DNA of 64,000 nucleotides from the human T2T-CHM13v2.0 reference genome, Homo sapiens, in assembly GCF_009914755.1 (NCBI RefSeq), contig NC_060932.1. One strand, 5' to 3'. Position 1 is the stretch's first letter, and each line of letters starts with the position of its first letter. Both the position numbers and the translations under genes were made by a program. Below, piece by piece: positions 38,977 to 52,090 of this stretch. The notes below the pieces were generated by a model. The model saw only the letters and a list, made by a program, of their open reading frames with translations. It searched no databases and had not been told where the DNA came from.

Positions 38977-40689
38977 TCTATGGAAGGTTTTGAGGTGGGG
39001 CAGGGATGAGATTAGAGTGATGTGCCTTTGCCAGAGAGATTTGTCCAGAGGAAGGGTGACCAGCCTGGAGTCTCTTTGGAATGTTCTAGGTAATGTAGCA
39101 GAGATTGTGTCAGTTACCCTCTGGTGGGATGCTTGGCTTTTCCCATTTTTTCAAAAGGAAATGGGAAAAGGAAAAGGTCCTCTGTATGGAAAGTCCCCAG
39201 GAATTTATAGGAGAGTGGCTAACGAAGACAGAGTTCCCTTCCGGCATTTATTGTGACTGAGTTTGTTCCATAGTTTTAGTCCCACTTAGGTCATGATTCA
39301 TCCCACTGGGCCAGCAGCAGCATTGGGATCACGTCAGCCAATCTTCGCACTTAGAGATTTTGAAGAGAGATATCTCCTATTCATGTGGTACATTGCTTTT
39401 CACAAAACAAAAGAGTTCATTTTGTCGGTGAAAAGCCCTGGCCAGACCCAGCCGGTGGAGACCAGTAGCTTCCTCTGGCAGGCTGGGCTTCCTATGGTCA
39501 TTGCAGTCCCTCCCCATTTATAAGGCTGCCTTCCCTGAGAACACCTGGGACAGATGCCCCCCAGAAGCATGCCCTCTGGAAAGGGAGAGGAGCAGGAGGG
39601 GGCTTCAGGCATGCTGGGCCTGGGGGGCCACCCCCTGGCCTTTGCTAAGTTCCTGGCTGGTCTGAGCCCTCTTCTTTCCTCTCCCCAGGCCTTGCAAAGG
39701 CCATATCTCTTCCTTTTCATGACTCTGGAAATTCCATACATACTTTCTGCATTAGGAAGACATTCTCTGCATGCTGATCTCGTTAAAAAGGAAAAGCCAA
39801 GGAGCATCCTGCACCTCCCTCCTGTAAGCGAGCTTTGCAAATGGTAAACTAGATCCTGAAAGGCAACCACTTAAAAGCTTTTAATGGCTTCCCATTATTA
39901 GCTTGAGTGCCTGGTGCGTCAGAGGCTCTCAGTGAGCGTGTATTGAGTTGCTGAATGCATGGTGGCCCTGGGCGAGGAATCTGGCCCTCACTGTCCCAAG
40001 GCTGAGTGCCTTTGCCCTGTGGAGGAAAGCACTGCCTTGGGGTCAGAAATAAGGATTGGCAGGATTGCCTGGGGTTAGAAATAGTGATCATGGGATCAGA
40101 GGCAGCAGGTGAATGTGGGGTGTGAATATTTTTGAAGGCTTGGAATGAAATGATTCTTCCAGACTTTAGAGGATTTGTGTCTGCAGATTCTTCTCTAAGG
40201 TTTGTGTCTCACATAGTGAGAGAATCAGCCAGCCAGGGAAATGGGACAGGATTTTGTCTCTTTCCCCATTTCCTCTTCTAATGAACTCCTACCTATGCTT
40301 TATGACTGCATTAAGGGGTCACCTCCTCCAGGAAGCATTCCCTCATCTCCTTACGCTGGTTCTGAGTGTGTCGTTCCTGCTTGATCCCCTCCCAGCACCA
40401 TGTGTGTGAGTTCTCACAGCTCACACCCCATAGTATTACTATGTTGTTTCTACAGTGGGTTCCTGTCAGGGGTTCCAAACTTAGCTGTTTAGGAGGATGA
40501 GTAGATTGTACAACCACACCAGGCGGGCCTGATCAAATACAGTAAGAAGTGTCCGGATTGGCAAACCAGCGGGTCCCTCTTCTAGATGTTATCAGAGAGA
40601 TACTGTTAGAGAGAGGTTGCTAGATGTTAATAGAGGCTGCTGTTAGATTCCAGCTCCCTCCTCCCCTGGTCCCTTTTCTCTCCTCATGC

Positions 40690-40865
40690 CAAAAGATAGA
40701 CCCAGTGTTGCCAGAGCTTCCACTTTTAAAAGAGAAGCCTTTTAAAATATAAACTCTCCTGATTTTTAAATGTTTTCAGTTAAGTTTTTAAAGGAACATT
40801 CATAGGCCAAACCAAATACCTGTGGGCCGTATGTGGCCCCCGGGGCCAGCAGTTTGCAGCTCCTT
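40690..40865 (+). mobile_element. MER103-like hAT-Charlie relic
   Basis: ttgccagagcttcc...aagagaagcc...ctcctgatttttaaatgtt...gggccgtatgtggccc...cagtttgcagctc. Confidence 0.6.
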
Positions 40866-41445
40866 GGTTATAGGTGCCTCTAACCCATTGCACAAGCTCC
40901 CTCAGGCATTTCATGTCTTTCCTTTCCATTCCCCCTGGGCCTAGCAGGGAGCTGGCATGTCACAGTGGGTGCTCCCTAATTATTGGTTATTGACTTGAAT
41001 GCTAGACTGAGCAAGCACCTCCCTGCTCACAGGGTGTTAACATTTTTCCCTCAGAACTGTTTGTATGTAATGCTATTCTGAATTGCTTCAGTTCCTTACA
41101 TACTTTAGTGATAGTCTGTATGTGCCTGGAAAAGTCATCATTCCTTAGATTCTAGACAACTCTGTTCTTCTGTTCTTTTCCTTTTTCCTTTCTCTCTCCG
41201 TCCCCTCAACATATGTTTTTGTTTTTTGTTTTTTGCCAGTTCTTTTGTATCTGGCCGGTTAACACAGGGCTTCATAACATGGGGTCGGCTGTTATTAAGC
41301 AACAGTGGTTTCCGGTAGCTCACTGACTTTGCCCTCTCTGCTGGTAAGCCATTGCTGATTTCCATCAGGGTAACAAGCATGATTTTCAGATTTACCTTCA
41401 TTTGCAGTGAACAATTATAGCAAAATTGCTTAAAGAAATGAACCT

Positions 41446-42222
41446 TCAGGTGTGGCGGCTCGTGCCTGTAATCCCAGCACTTTGGGAGGCCGAGGCGGGA
41501 GGATCACTTGAGCCCAGGAGGTCTCTAGGCTGCAGTAAGCTGTAGTTGCACCACTGCACTCCAGCCTGGGTGACAGGGTGAGACATCGTCTCAAAAGAAA
41601 AGAAAGGAAAAGAAAAGAAAAGAAAAGGAGGGGAGGAGAGGGGAGGGGAGGGGAAGAGGGAGAGAGGGAGGGAGGGAGGGACGGAGGAAGGAGGAAAGGC
41701 AGGAAGGCAGGAAGGCAGGAAGGAAGGAAGGCAGGAAGGCAGGAAGGAAGGAAGGAAGGAAGGAAGGAAGGAAGAGAATGAAAGGCTGGGCGTGGTAGCT
41801 CTTGCCTGTTGTAGTCCTGGCACTTTGGGAGGCTGAGATGGGAGGAATTGGAAACCAGCCTGGGCAACATAATGAGACTTCATCTCTACAAAACAAATTT
41901 TTTTTTAATTAGCCAGTGGCATGCACCTGTGGTCCCAGGAGGCCAAAGCTGGAGGATTGCTTGAGGATGGGAAGTTGAGGCTGCAGTGACCTATGTTCCC
42001 ACCACTGTACTCCAGCCAGAGTCACAGAACAAGACCTTGTCAAAAAAAGAAAAGAAAGAAAAGGAGAGAGGGAGGGAAGGAAGGAAGAAAAAAAAGAAGG
42101 AAAGGGAGAGAGGAAGGAAGGAAGGAAGGGAAGGGAAGGGAAGGAAGGGAGGGAAGGGAGGAAGGTAGGAAAATGGAAGGAAGGGAGGGAAGGAGGGAAG
42201 AAAAGAAAGAAGGAAGGAAAAA
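41446..42222 (+). repeat. FRAM + purine tract (41593-41782), AluJ (41783-42041) + purine tract (42042-42222)
   Basis: Two Alu-derived tails expanded into (GAAAA)/(GGAA)/(GGCAGGAA) arrays. Confidence 0.88.
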
Positions 42223-42636
42223 ACCGGTCGGCTATCTTGACGAAAAAAGTCTCAGTCCACTCCATTTTGTGCAGCATTTCCCGTCTTGTTATCTTTCTGG
42301 AAAAACTCAGTAAGTCTCTGGCTGGGAATTATAGAAGCTTAATATGCACTTGTAACTGTGTCAGGCTCTCACAGGGAACAAACAAGAGGAACTATAGATT
42401 TTTATAGTCTGCAAGAGCCCAGTCCATGCATTTAGGAGGCACAGAGTGAGAGAAAGAGCATTGACAATGATAATATAGCATTAATATAGGTACAATCTGG
42501 AGTAATGTTATCTAGTACTACTAATAGCGATATTAAAATGGCATTATATAGATATTAAGCCCTGACTTCGTGCCGGTTTGAACTTTTCCTGTATTAATTC
42601 ATGTGAATCAATTTTGAGACTCTGTCTCAAAAAAAA

Positions 42637-42772
42637 TATATGTATATAATATATACAAATATATATAATATATACAAATATATATAATATACAAATATAT
42701 ATATATAATATATACAAATATATAATATACAAATATATATAATATATACAAATATATATATATAATATATAG
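42637..42772. repeat. AT-rich minisatellite (atatacaaatatatataat)n
   Basis: Five degenerate tandem copies. Confidence 0.88.
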
Positions 42773-43304
42773 ATGTCATGGTGATGGGAAGACTGGGGGA
42801 GGAGAGGAGCAGTTTGATCCCAGGATCCCATGGAGAGGAAACTTGTAGGTCTCTTACCCAGTGTCTTCTCCTGCTCTCTGGCTCTGATTTCTGAACTAAG
42901 AAAAGTGTGCAAACATCATCTGCTCTCCTGGTTGTATTTGTAAATGCCTCCCCTAGACCCAGCTCTACTTTAGGCCACGTGAGTGACAGTGACCACATCA
43001 GTCAGGGATTCTCCTACTGTCCCTGACCCATGTCCGCTTTTGTCTCCTCCCACTCTAATAACAGACCGTGTGGCTTGAACCTCAGCCCTGCTGCCAAGTA
43101 GCTGTGTGAGCTTCAGAGCCTGGTGCCTCAGTTCCCTCATCTGTAAAATGGGAATACAAATGGTCCCTGTGTGTTTGGGTATTCAAGAAAATTAAGTGAG
43201 TTGCTGCACACCTCACCTCTGGCTCCTTCAACAAAAACATGGTCACCCTCAAACCAAACGTGAACAGGAGGGTGGTGACGCAAACCACATGGAAACGAGA
43301 GGCA

Positions 43305-43566
43305 GACCCAGGCTGGAGTGCAATTGCACGATCTCGGCTCACTGCACCCTCTGCCTTCCAGGTTCAAGCAATTCTTCTGCCTCAGCCTTCTGAGTAGCTG
43401 GGATTACAGGCACCTGCTGCCAAGTCTGGCTAATTTTTGTATTTTTAATAGAGACGGGGTTTCGCTATGTTGGCCAGGCTGGTCTCGAACTCCTGATCTC
43501 AGGTGATCCACCCGCCTTGACCTCCCAAAGTGCTGGGATTACAGGCATGAACCACCGCCCCCGGCC
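43305..43566 (-). mobile_element. Alu (AluS-like) lacking its tail
   Basis: cccaggctggagtgcaat...ccaccgcccccggcc. Confidence 0.88.
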
Positions 43567-44134
43567 GCAGATGGGAAATTATTTTTGCACTTTCAGTTGT
43601 CCTAAATCTAGAGTTTTCCTTTATCCAGACAGCTGGTGAAAGTGGACGTGAGAATAGAGAGATTTCCTGGTGGGGAAGACCTCCATCCTCCTTCTCCAGC
43701 CCCTTCCTCATTATTCCCAAGAAAAGAGCTTCTGGGTTTCTGGGAGAGGCTGAGCAGGTGGAGACACCTGGGCCATATCTGGGTCTCTCCAGAATCCAGG
43801 AGCCTGCCTGACGCGTCAGCCGGGGAGGGTTTCTGTGTGAAGTCGGCTTGAGTGAGCCAGCCTTTCATGCATCCTTGTCTTTATTTCTTCCCCAGCTCAG
43901 GAGGGGCTGAGTTGTGTCTTAATGAGCAGTTCCAGCTGCATGCTGGGCATCTCCTAATTTACTCTCATTTATTTAGCTCCTGCTGCATGCTGGGCAATGC
44001 TCTAAGTGCTCTGCAGGTTTTGGCTAATTTAATCTCCCTAGCAAACCCTTTGAGGGGACTGACAGGATGACCATCCTCATTTTACAGATGTCGGGATTGA
44101 GGCACAGACAGTTTATTTTTAATTTTTATGTGTA

Positions 44135-44910
44135 AAATGTTTTTACTGTGGTAAAATTTACATAATAAAATTTGCCATTGTAACCATTTCTAACTGTACA
44201 ATTCAGTGGCATTAAGGCCATTGGTATTGTTGTGTAACCATCACCGCTAATCTAACCATCTCCGGAACATTTTTCATCATTCCAAACTGAAACTCTGCAC
44301 TCATTAAACACTTACTCTCCTCTCCCCCTCCCCTCATCCCCTGGTATCCACAGTTTCTATGAATCTAACTACCCTAAGCATCCGTATAGGTGGAATCATA
44401 GTATTCATCCTTTTGTGACTGGCTCATTACACTTGGTGTAAACTTTTTTTTATTTTTTATTTTTTTTTGAGACAGAATCCTGTTCTGTTGCCCAGGCTGG
44501 AGTGCAGTGGCACAATTTCAGCTCACCACAACCTCTGCCTCCCAATTCAAGAGATTCTCCTGCCTCAGCCTCCCTAGTAGCTGGGATTATAGTCGTGCAC
44601 CACCACGCGTGGCTAATTTTTGTATTTTTTAGTAGAGACGGGGCTTCGCCATGTTGGCCAGGCTGGTCTCAAACTCCTGACCTCAGGTGATCCACCCTCC
44701 TCGGCCTCCCTAAGTGCTGGGATTACAGGCATGAGCCACCGTGCCCCACCTTAGTGTAATCTTTCAAAGGTATATCTCCGTTGTAGCCTGTGTCACAATT
44801 TTATGCCCTTTTAAGACTGAATGAGTTTTTAAATTCATTCCCATTTAACTCTTTGTTTTGTTGCCTGTGCTTTTGGTGTGAGGCACAGACATTTTAAGAA
44901 ACTTAGCCAA
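44135..44910 (-). mobile_element. L1MB 3' fragment split by an antisense Alu (~44445-44750)
   Basis: ttactgtggtaaaa...tgtacaattcagtggcatta...ggtggaatcatagtat...ttttgtgactggct. Confidence 0.75.
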
Positions 44911-45327
44911 GGCCATTCAACCAGAAGTGGCAGAGCCTGGATCTTGACCACATGGCTTTGCTGCTCCCAGAGTCTTGACCCTGTGCTGGGGCTGACTTCT
45001 GCTTTTACATGAGTTCTTGTCAGTGCTTTCGGCAGCTTGATCAGGTAGATGCTGCTTTTCCACTTTGCAAATATGGAAGGGAGCACCCAGCTCTCTTGGG
45101 CATGGCAGAAATTCATCAGGGGCGGAGGAGGCACAGGGTACCCACCCAAAAAATCCCAACATATTGAATCACCTTCCAATAATCTATAGCATCATTTATG
45201 TTATGCTGCCCACAACATAAATGGCTAGCAAATAATTTGGATGCGACAGAATTGGTGAATGAATTTAATGTAGCTTCAACCTGAAGACCATTATACACTA
45301 TTAATACCTACAAAATTATAGATGTAA

Positions 45328-45620
45328 GGCTGGGTGTGGTGGCTCATGCCTGTAATTCCAGCACTTTGGGAGGCCAAGGTGGGCAGATAATGAGTTCAGG
45401 AGTTCGAGACCAGCCTGGCCAACATAGTGAAACCCCGTCTCTACTAAAAATACAAAAATTAGCTGGGCTTGGTGGCACATGCCTGTAGTCCCAGCTACTC
45501 AGCAGGCTGAGGGAGGAGAATCTCTTGAACCCGGGAGGCGGAGGTTATGGTGAGCTGAGATCACGCCACTGCACTCCAGCCTAGGCAACAGAGTGAGACT
45601 CCGTCTCAACACAAACAAAC
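45328..45620 (+). mobile_element. Alu (AluS-like)
   Basis: Duplication caaaattatagatgt. Confidence 0.92.
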
Positions 45621-45811
45621 AAAATTATAGATGTCACCTACAGGCCAGTTGGGAGGCATATTGGTAAGTAAATACCCATGACCTCTCCACCCTGCCTAGG
45701 ATCCAAACTATGAACACTGATGGTTGACTCTAACTCCATATTCTTTTCAGTTTTCTCCCATGCCTACCCCCTGCCCCCGAGCATTCTCCCTCATTGGTGG
45801 CCCTGATTTTC

Positions 45812-46271
45812 TTTTTGTTGAGATAGGATCTCACTATGTTGCCCAGGCTGGTCCCAAACTCCTGGGCTCGAGAGATCCTCTTATCTCGGCCTCTCAAAGT
45901 GTTGAGATTACAGGCGTGAGCCGCTATGCCAGGCCAACTCTTATCTTGAATGTTGATGTTTATCATGTCATGGATGAAAAAAAAAAAACCCATGCGTATT
46001 CTTTTTTTTTTCTTTTTTTTTTGAGATGGTGTTTCGCTCTTGTCACCCAGGATGGGGATGGAGTGCAATAGCATGATCTCGGCTAACTGTAACCTCCACC
46101 TCCTGGGTTCAAGCGATTCTCCTGCCTCAGTCTCCTGAGTAGCTGGGATTACGGGCACTCGCCACCATGCCTGGCTAATTTTTGTATTTTTAGTAGAGAT
46201 GAGGTTTCACCATGTTGGCCAGGCTGGTCTTGAACACCTGACCTCAGGTGATCCACCCGCCTCGGCCTCCC
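45812..46271 (-). mobile_element. FLAM (~45812-45935) and antisense Alu (~46000-46271) within L1M debris
   Basis: Alu bodies visible; surrounding L1M-like text. Confidence 0.8.
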
Positions 46272-46827
46272 GTTTGTATTCTTAAATAGTGTATTGTTTC
46301 CTTTACTTCCTTTAGAGCTTTACAGAAATTCCATGCTGCCTTCAGCTTCCTTTGCCGCTCTGCATCATGTTGGTAAGTCTCTGCTGATGCCTGCTGCTGT
46401 AGCTTATTTTTCACTGTGATAATCTGTTCCATTGTGTGAACTGACCACAGTTGATTGATCTGTTCTCCAAGGACATGTGAGTTGTTCGCAGGTGTCCCCC
46501 CACCCCCTCCCGATACAAACAGTGCTGCTGTGGACATTTCATACATCTGGTTGCCTATGTCAGAATTTCCAGGGTATACAGCTAGGACGCAGTACTGCTG
46601 TTGGATTTTCCTGGGATTGTAGACTCTCAAATTTGGAATGGACTTCTATGGCCAAGTAGTTCACCTTCAGCAATCATCTCAAAAGAAATGCTCTTGGTGT
46701 GATGGTTGAGAGCGCTGTTCTGGAATAGGAGAGACACAGACCTGCTGGGCCTTTGCCTCATTTTATTACTTAGTTCATTATGCAATGAACTTAACATCTG
46801 TCTACCTCAGTAGTTTCCCTGTCTGTG

Positions 46828-47014
46828 AATTGAGTCTGTTACATATATATATATCTATTTAAATATATATATCTATTTAATATATATTAAATAATATATA
46901 TTTAAATAGATATATATATATTACAGACTCAATTTAACCCTTAGGGAAATATATATATATATGTGTGTGTGTGTGTATATATACATATATATTTAAATAG
47001 ATATATCTATTTAA

Positions 47015-47062
<48 letters not shown>

Positions 47063-47079
47063 TTCCCTAAGGGTTAAAT
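46828..47079. repeat. Two abutting AT-rich palindromes (46828-46934 and 46932-47079)
   Basis: aattgagtctgt...acagactcaatt and atttaacccttagggaaat...atttccctaagggttaaat are reverse-complement arms. Confidence 0.93.
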
Positions 47080-47086
47080 AAGATAG

Positions 47087-47360
47087 AGACCTGGTATGGT
47101 GGCTCATGCCTGTAATTCCAGCACTTTGGGAGGCTGAGGCAGGAGAGTCACTTGAGCTCAGGAGTGGGAAACCAGCCTGGGCAACATAGTTGGACCCTGT
47201 CTCTACAAAAATGAAAAATAAAAAAAAAAAAATTAGCTGGGTGTGGTGGCATGTGCCTGCAGTCCCAGCTACTAGAGGCTGAGATGGGAGAATTGCTTGA
47301 GCCTGGGAGGTCGATGCTGCAGTGAGCTGCAACAGAGTGACACCTTGTCTCAGAAAAAAT
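47087..47360 (+). mobile_element. AluJ-like (internally deleted) inserted in a MIR
   Basis: Sense Alu; MIR-like text on both sides. Confidence 0.85.
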
Positions 47361-48109
47361 AGAGAGAGAAAGATCCGGCATGTGTAGAGATTAACTCGGA
47401 GCCTGGAAATAATAAACACAGAGTAAGTGCTCCCTGCTGTTCGCCTTGTTCCTGTTGGTGTTTAAAGATCACTTACACTTGCAGAGGCAGAACTGATGCC
47501 CAGGAGAGGGGCAGTAACTAGCAGAAGGGAAACAGCCCGGGTCCAGTTTACTTCCCCTCAACGTGGGCCAAGGACGCCAGGCAGGATCATAGTCCGGCTG
47601 GATTGTGGCTTTCCTCAAGGTGATCTTGACTTGCCCAGGTGGGATTTCACCCCCACTTCCTTCCAGGCTTCCCATTTTAGACTTGAAATGTAGGCCTGTT
47701 GGGGCCTCCTCCAGTAGATGTGTGCCCTTGAGCTTGGATACCCCCCTGCCAAGATACGCCTTTCAAAAACAGATAAACTTATCGCAACTGAATAGAAGGG
47801 GCTCCCAAGGGGTCCCACCCTGCTCCGGAAGTCTCAGTGAGGAATCAATAGCTGTTAATTCCTGTGCTGCCCCCTGCCTGACATTCCATCCACACTTGAG
47901 GCCCAGATTGTAAGAAGGGAGAGCAGGCAGGTCTCTCTTCCAGGAGAGGGACCCGGTTCATCAGCAGGATTTATTCATTCATGTATTACGTCAGGCTCAG
48001 CGCCTGGGCTTTTTATAAATGAGGGCTCTGCTGGCGTTCTGTGTTATTCAGATATTCGGTGAGAGACCACCAGAAGCCACAAAAAATTGCTGACATCTGT
48101 TGGAAGGCA

Positions 48110-49050
48110 ATCATGCATAATGGATAAGGGTGCACTCTGCAGTTCCAGCAGCATTGATTTGAATTCCCCCTCTGCCGCTTCAAAACTCTGAGATCTCAGC
48201 GAGTTGCTTACCCTCTAGAGCCTCCACGTCCTCATCTATAAAACTAGAAAATAAGTGGTACTCACTAGATCCTTACCTTGTTGTGAGAGTAGAATGACGT
48301 GCATGTAGAGCTTTCCCAGAGCTGGCATGTGGTAGGTGCTCAATAAACGCTGGTTATTCTCTCTCTCTCTCTCACTCTGTTGCCTAGGCTGGAGTGCAGT
48401 GGCGTGATCATAGCTCACAACAGCCTCTGTCTGCCAGGCTCAAGGGATACTCCTGCCTCAGCCTCCTGAGTAGCTGGGACTTGCAGGCAAGTGCTACCGC
48501 TCCTAGCTAATTTGTTTTATTCTTAGTACAGATGGGGTCTTGCTATGTGGTCCCTGCTGGAGTGCTGGTTGCTCTCTAACTGGCTGCGAGCCCCGGGGTA
48601 GGCACACTGGTACTGGGGCTATAGCAAAATCCGTGCTCGGTAAATCATCATTGAAGGAGCAAGGGTGCTTTACAGTTGTAGAATCTCATAGTACACGTTA
48701 CTTTGGTTTTTCTCTTCCCAGCTCTGGAGTCCTGGGATCCAAGTGTGAGCCCCATGTCTGCAAAATGAGGCTAGTCACTTGAATCCTCTTGGATCTTGCT
48801 TTCCTCATCTGTTAGTGAGCTTGTAGATAGCTCTGACTGTCACCAGGCTTTGCTCTGAGCACTCTGCATCTGTATTCAACCTGTATACTTAATCTTCACA
48901 ACAGTTGAGGTGGTTGATCCATAGTAATTTCTCGTTGTACAAACGGAGAAACTGAGGCAGAGAGATAAGTGTCTTCCCAAGGTTAACAGCTAACCAGTAG
49001 CAGGGCACGCTGGGATTTGAAAGACTCTCTATGTGTCCTAACTGGTATGC
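48110..49050. mobile_element. MIR fragments and a partial antisense AluJ (~48360-48560)
   Basis: MIR cores cctcatctataaaa and gaaactgaggcag. Confidence 0.65.
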
Positions 49051-50185
49051 TCTCCTGTCTAGAGGTGATCTCTTCCTCCAGGGTTCCAGGTAGATTGGTT
49101 GAGATGTGCAATGCGGAAGAGCCTCGGGATAAGTCGGCTAATGACACCCTCAGGCTACCCAGCCCTCGGGAGCTCACAGCAGAGCAGTTGGGGATGCCTT
49201 GCAAGGTTACCTGTGCCAGAGTTCCTGGGGTACATATTAAATAGGTAGGACCCAATACTACTTTGCATTTTCCTGGAATCCTAGACTCTTAACATTGGAA
49301 AGGATTTCTTTGCCAAGTAATTCGCCCTCATCATTAACCTCTAAGAAATGCAGAGGTGGAATTAGAAGGTGCGTGTCTCTTTCTTTTGCACCACAGATTC
49401 TATCGAGTCTCATCTGGCAGCTTCAAGGATCATCCGCATTCTTTCATCTTCATGGAATGTCACTAGATTGAGATGATTCTAAGGGTGAGGTCAAGCATTT
49501 GGAGTTTGGAACTCTGCCTTTTGTAGAGATGCTCCCGTGGGACTTGCCCTGCACCCAGTTCAGCTTGCTTGGGATGCATCTGCTGAGCCTGGAAGAGAAG
49601 TATGGGTTCAAGGCCAGCGGTCCAGCACTCCCACAGACCTGATCTGTAATAGGGAAGGGTTGCCTCTGTGTGGGTTGGGAGTTTAATCAGCAAGAGTGGA
49701 TTAGCAGCAGGCTCATTCTGTTTACTCCAGTAGGTCACGGGGCCAAGGGCAAACATACACCCCTCCCAGCCCAGAAACTGATAGCTGCAAAGTTGCACAC
49801 CCTTCTCCCCAAATTGACAAATATGGTTTTCATTGTTGGAGTAATAAATTATGCTTTTTAAGGATAAAAATGTTGCCCAGCTGTTGAGTGGTTTAAACTT
49901 CCAGATGTTCCTCTGCTCAGTAATCAGAGCAGGATGCATGATGGGATCTCTTTAAAAGTTGATGAACAGAATGGTTCATTAAATTTCAACAATGTGCCTG
50001 GAATGCCAAGGGGAGGTGTAGCATCTCCCTCGAGGGAAGGAGGTACACATTTCCTAGGGTGCTTGGGTGAAGAATTAGCAAGCAGTAACTGAAGACCAGT
50101 TACTGGTCAGGCAGGGAAGCCCAAGTTCTGGCCCCTGCTGACTGTGTGACTTTGGGCTGAGCAGTTGGCCTCTCTGAGTCTTAGG

Positions 50186-50495
<310 letters not shown>

Positions 50496-50727
50496 CTGAG
50501 CCTCAGTTTCTGATACTTGCAACTGGGAGCATGTTTTGAGAGCTAGAGAAAGTATTGTTGTCTTGTGTAACATGAAAAAAGCTGTGCGGATACTAGCTAA
50601 GATCAATGAAAGGTTATCAAACTCAATCTGATGGTGAAAGAAGATACAGAGATCAAGCCCGTCCGCATTTTTAACGTGGGGACACTGAGGCCCAGGAAAC
50701 TTGGGGCTTCTTCAAGTAATAGCTAGG

Positions 50728-51395
<668 letters not shown>

Positions 51396-51459
51396 TTAGA
51401 GTTGTGCAGGGTACAATCTGCACGGCCATATGTGGCAGGCCTACCAGGTGTGGATGAGG

Positions 51460-51680
51460 CTGTCTGGGTTCGAATCCTGGCTCTACCAGTAATCAGTTGT
51501 GTGGTATTGATTAAATTGTTTAAACTCTCAGAGCTTCAGTTGTTCTATCTGTAAAATGAGTATTGCAATAGTGCATGCTTCATAGAGCTGTTGTAAGGAT
51601 TAAATGAATTAGTGCATATAAAGTGCCTAGAATAGTGTCTGGCCTGTTTTAAGAGCTCAGTGAGTCTTGGTTGTTGTAGT
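51460..51680 (+). mobile_element. MIR
   Basis: ctgggttcgaatcctggctct...ctgtaaaatgag...gttgtaaggattaaatga. Confidence 0.85.
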
Positions 51681-51783
51681 TGTTACTTTAGTGGTTGTTT
51701 TTTAGAACCTGAGGACACAAGGATGGAAAGACTCAGTCTGTCTGTGGCAAACCACGAAAGGAAAGATTAAACAATTCAATGCA

Positions 51784-52090
<307 letters not shown>

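Noticed and set aside
41430-42998. ORFs rich in PSFL, EGRK or IYIY
   Set aside because: Translations of simple repeats.
47709-47726. CTCF-like word ccagtagatgtgtg (also ccactagtgg at 55861)
   Set aside because: Lacks the conserved GGC of the core motif; cannot be supported from sequence alone.
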